A program made the position numbers and the translations under genes. From Stegostoma tigrinum (Eukaryota), in assembly GCF_030684315.1 (NCBI RefSeq), contig NC_081365.1:24616062-24680061 (forward strand): a stretch of 64,000 nucleotides of DNA, read 5' to 3'. The notes under the pieces are model-generated. The model was not told where the DNA came from. It searched no databases and was given only the letters and a program-made list of their open reading frames with translations. This document shows positions 62,100-64,000 of this stretch, one piece after another. Position 1 is the stretch's first letter. Each line of letters begins with the position of its first letter.

Positions 62100-63385
62100 C
62101 CATGGACTGGATGACAAGGGAAATAGAAATGAAGCCAAAGAAGAACTGAGGTGTCAACTAGTGATTTGAGAAACAAGCTGAATACAGAGGTTCAGAAAAG
62201 GTCAAGAAAAAGTAGATATGAAAAACAAAGAGGGTTTGTGAAAGAAAGATGTTCAGATAACATAAAGGGAGATTCCAAACTCTCCTCAAAGCGCATCCAC
62301 AGTAAAAGGTTGGTAAAAAGTGGATTACAGCCATTAGGAACCGAAAAGAGGATTTAACATAAAGACAAGAGGCATGGCTGAGGTGTTAAATGAATAATTT
62401 GCATCTGTCTTTACCTGTGAGGCAAATGCTGCCCAATCCCTAATGACAAAGGAGGAAACTCAGTCACTAGAAGAGTTTAAAATTGATAGGGAAGAGGTTT
62501 GGAATGAACTGTTAGCATTTAAAAGTTGATAAGTCACCAGGGCCGGGTGAGGTGCATCCAGCAATATAGAAGAAAGAGAAAGTGGAAATTGAAGAGAAAC
62601 TGGCAATGTTCTTTCAATCTTCCTTGGGTTCAGGGTGGTACCAGAGGAGTGGAGAATTGCAGACATTATGCCAAATGCCTTGAAGAGCTATTACAATCCA
62701 GTCAGTCTAACTTTGGTGATGTGAATCATCTTGAAGTGGTTATTCAGGATCCAATTAATAGCCACATGGAAAAATGTGTCGGGATTTTTGAATTTCATAG
62801 GGAAATATCATGCCAACAACCTTCTGGGGCTCTTTGAATAAACAACAGAGAGGATTGATGAGGGCAAGGTAGGTGATGTGGTGCACATTCATTTCCAAAA
62901 GATTGTTTAATACAGTGCCACACAGGAGCCATGCTGGGCAAGTTCCAGCTTATGGGATAGAGTTTGTGGAATAAGAAGTGCAGTAGCATCATGGATTTTA
63001 AAAAAATGGCTGAGGGATTTAAAAAAACAGAGTAATAGTTACGGATATTTTTTGGTTTGGAGTAGATGTGTAGTTGAGTTCCCGTAGGGATTGTACTGTG
63101 ACTCTTGCTTTCCCTGAGGTACATAAATGATTTGGATCTGGGTGTGCAGGGAACAGTTTCAAAGTTCGTGTCTGGCACATAACTTGAGAGAATTGTAAAT
63201 TGTGAAGAGGACAATGTAGAACTTCAGTAGAACACTGAAAAGTTGGTGGAATGGGAAGATAGGTGGCAGATGAAGTTTAATATAGAGAAGTATGAGGTTG
63301 GCACAAGGTGTAAGGCCATAGTGTACAACAGCAGGAAAGTTTTGGTGAACTTATACAGGCCACTAGTTAGATGTCAGCAGGAGAA
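62100..63385 (+). mobile_element. Old CR1 LINE relic in HUNK intron 5
   Basis: MAEVLNE.FASVFT, VDKSPGP, GVVPEEWRIA, YINDLDLG and WEDRWQMKFNIEK remnants. Confidence 0.75.
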
Positions 63386-64000
63386 TTTAATACTTCCTCT
63401 CCTTTTCAATATCTATTTCAAAACAGTTTTTTGTCCATTTGGTTTTCCAACTCATTCTTAATAACTGGTCTGACCTCCATGTGAATATGGTGCCCAGCTC
63501 ATGATAATCAGATGCTGTTATTGAATTGGCTATGAGAAGATGCGTGCTCTTGAGATAAGATCCTCCTTTCTTACTGTTAAAATATGGAAAAGTCAGGTCT
63601 AGAATTGTCACCAGATCTTTCACTGAAGTTGTGAAGCCACCATAGGGAGATAATTTTCCAATCAGAAAAGAGTTCCCAATATTTAGTATTTCCACTAAAA
63701 TTGTCAAACTGTTTGCCTTTTCATAGTTCTCTTGGTTATGGTAAGCAAAGGATGTGGTATCACCCTGTTCATTACTTCACCTAATCTTTGTTATCAGATG
63801 AGATAATTCCCTAAAGTGAGAAGATTGAATCCAACCTGTGTTGGTTTTATTAACCATGGTTTTACCATCCTATAACATTAATCGTTAAAACCTTTGTGCT
63901 CCATACCACAAAGATGCAAGAACAATTCCAAATTTAAATATTGAAAGAGCACCACAGAATTATATCCGAAACTACGAAATTCATTCCAACTAACTGGCCT

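Noticed and set aside
59852-64000. HUNK exon 6 or exons of a neighbouring gene
   Set aside because: I found no frame resembling the expected kinase subdomain XI (LLEPDP..RP) here, and no other spliced host exons elsewhere in the window.

Overview
Vertebrate genomic DNA, not prokaryotic. The HE1-type SINEs and HER1/CR1-type LINEs point to an elasmobranch (shark); this is inference from repeat families. The only host gene I can support is the 5' part of HUNK (Ser/Thr kinase), on the + strand: a CpG island plus coding exons 1-5 at 38549-59851, all with GT/AG junctions in matching phase. The rest is intergenic or intronic and dominated by retroelements: nested CR1 LINEs, tRNA-derived SINEs, decayed Gypsy-like relics, a probable solo LTR, and several families of Penelope-like elements (PLEs; RT plus GIY-YIG). 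The most striking pattern is that one young PLE family has inserted four times as a tail-out palindrome (0.2, 1.3, 3.2 and 1.1 kb). Each has a 13-15 bp target-site duplication (TSD), one full-length and one shortened terminus, a central join with little or no spacer, and a minimal hammerhead-ribozyme motif in each arm. About 20 hammerhead-like cores from at least four PLE families are visible, with different but still pairing stem II sequences. Boundaries of old repeats are approximate and all alignments were made by eye.
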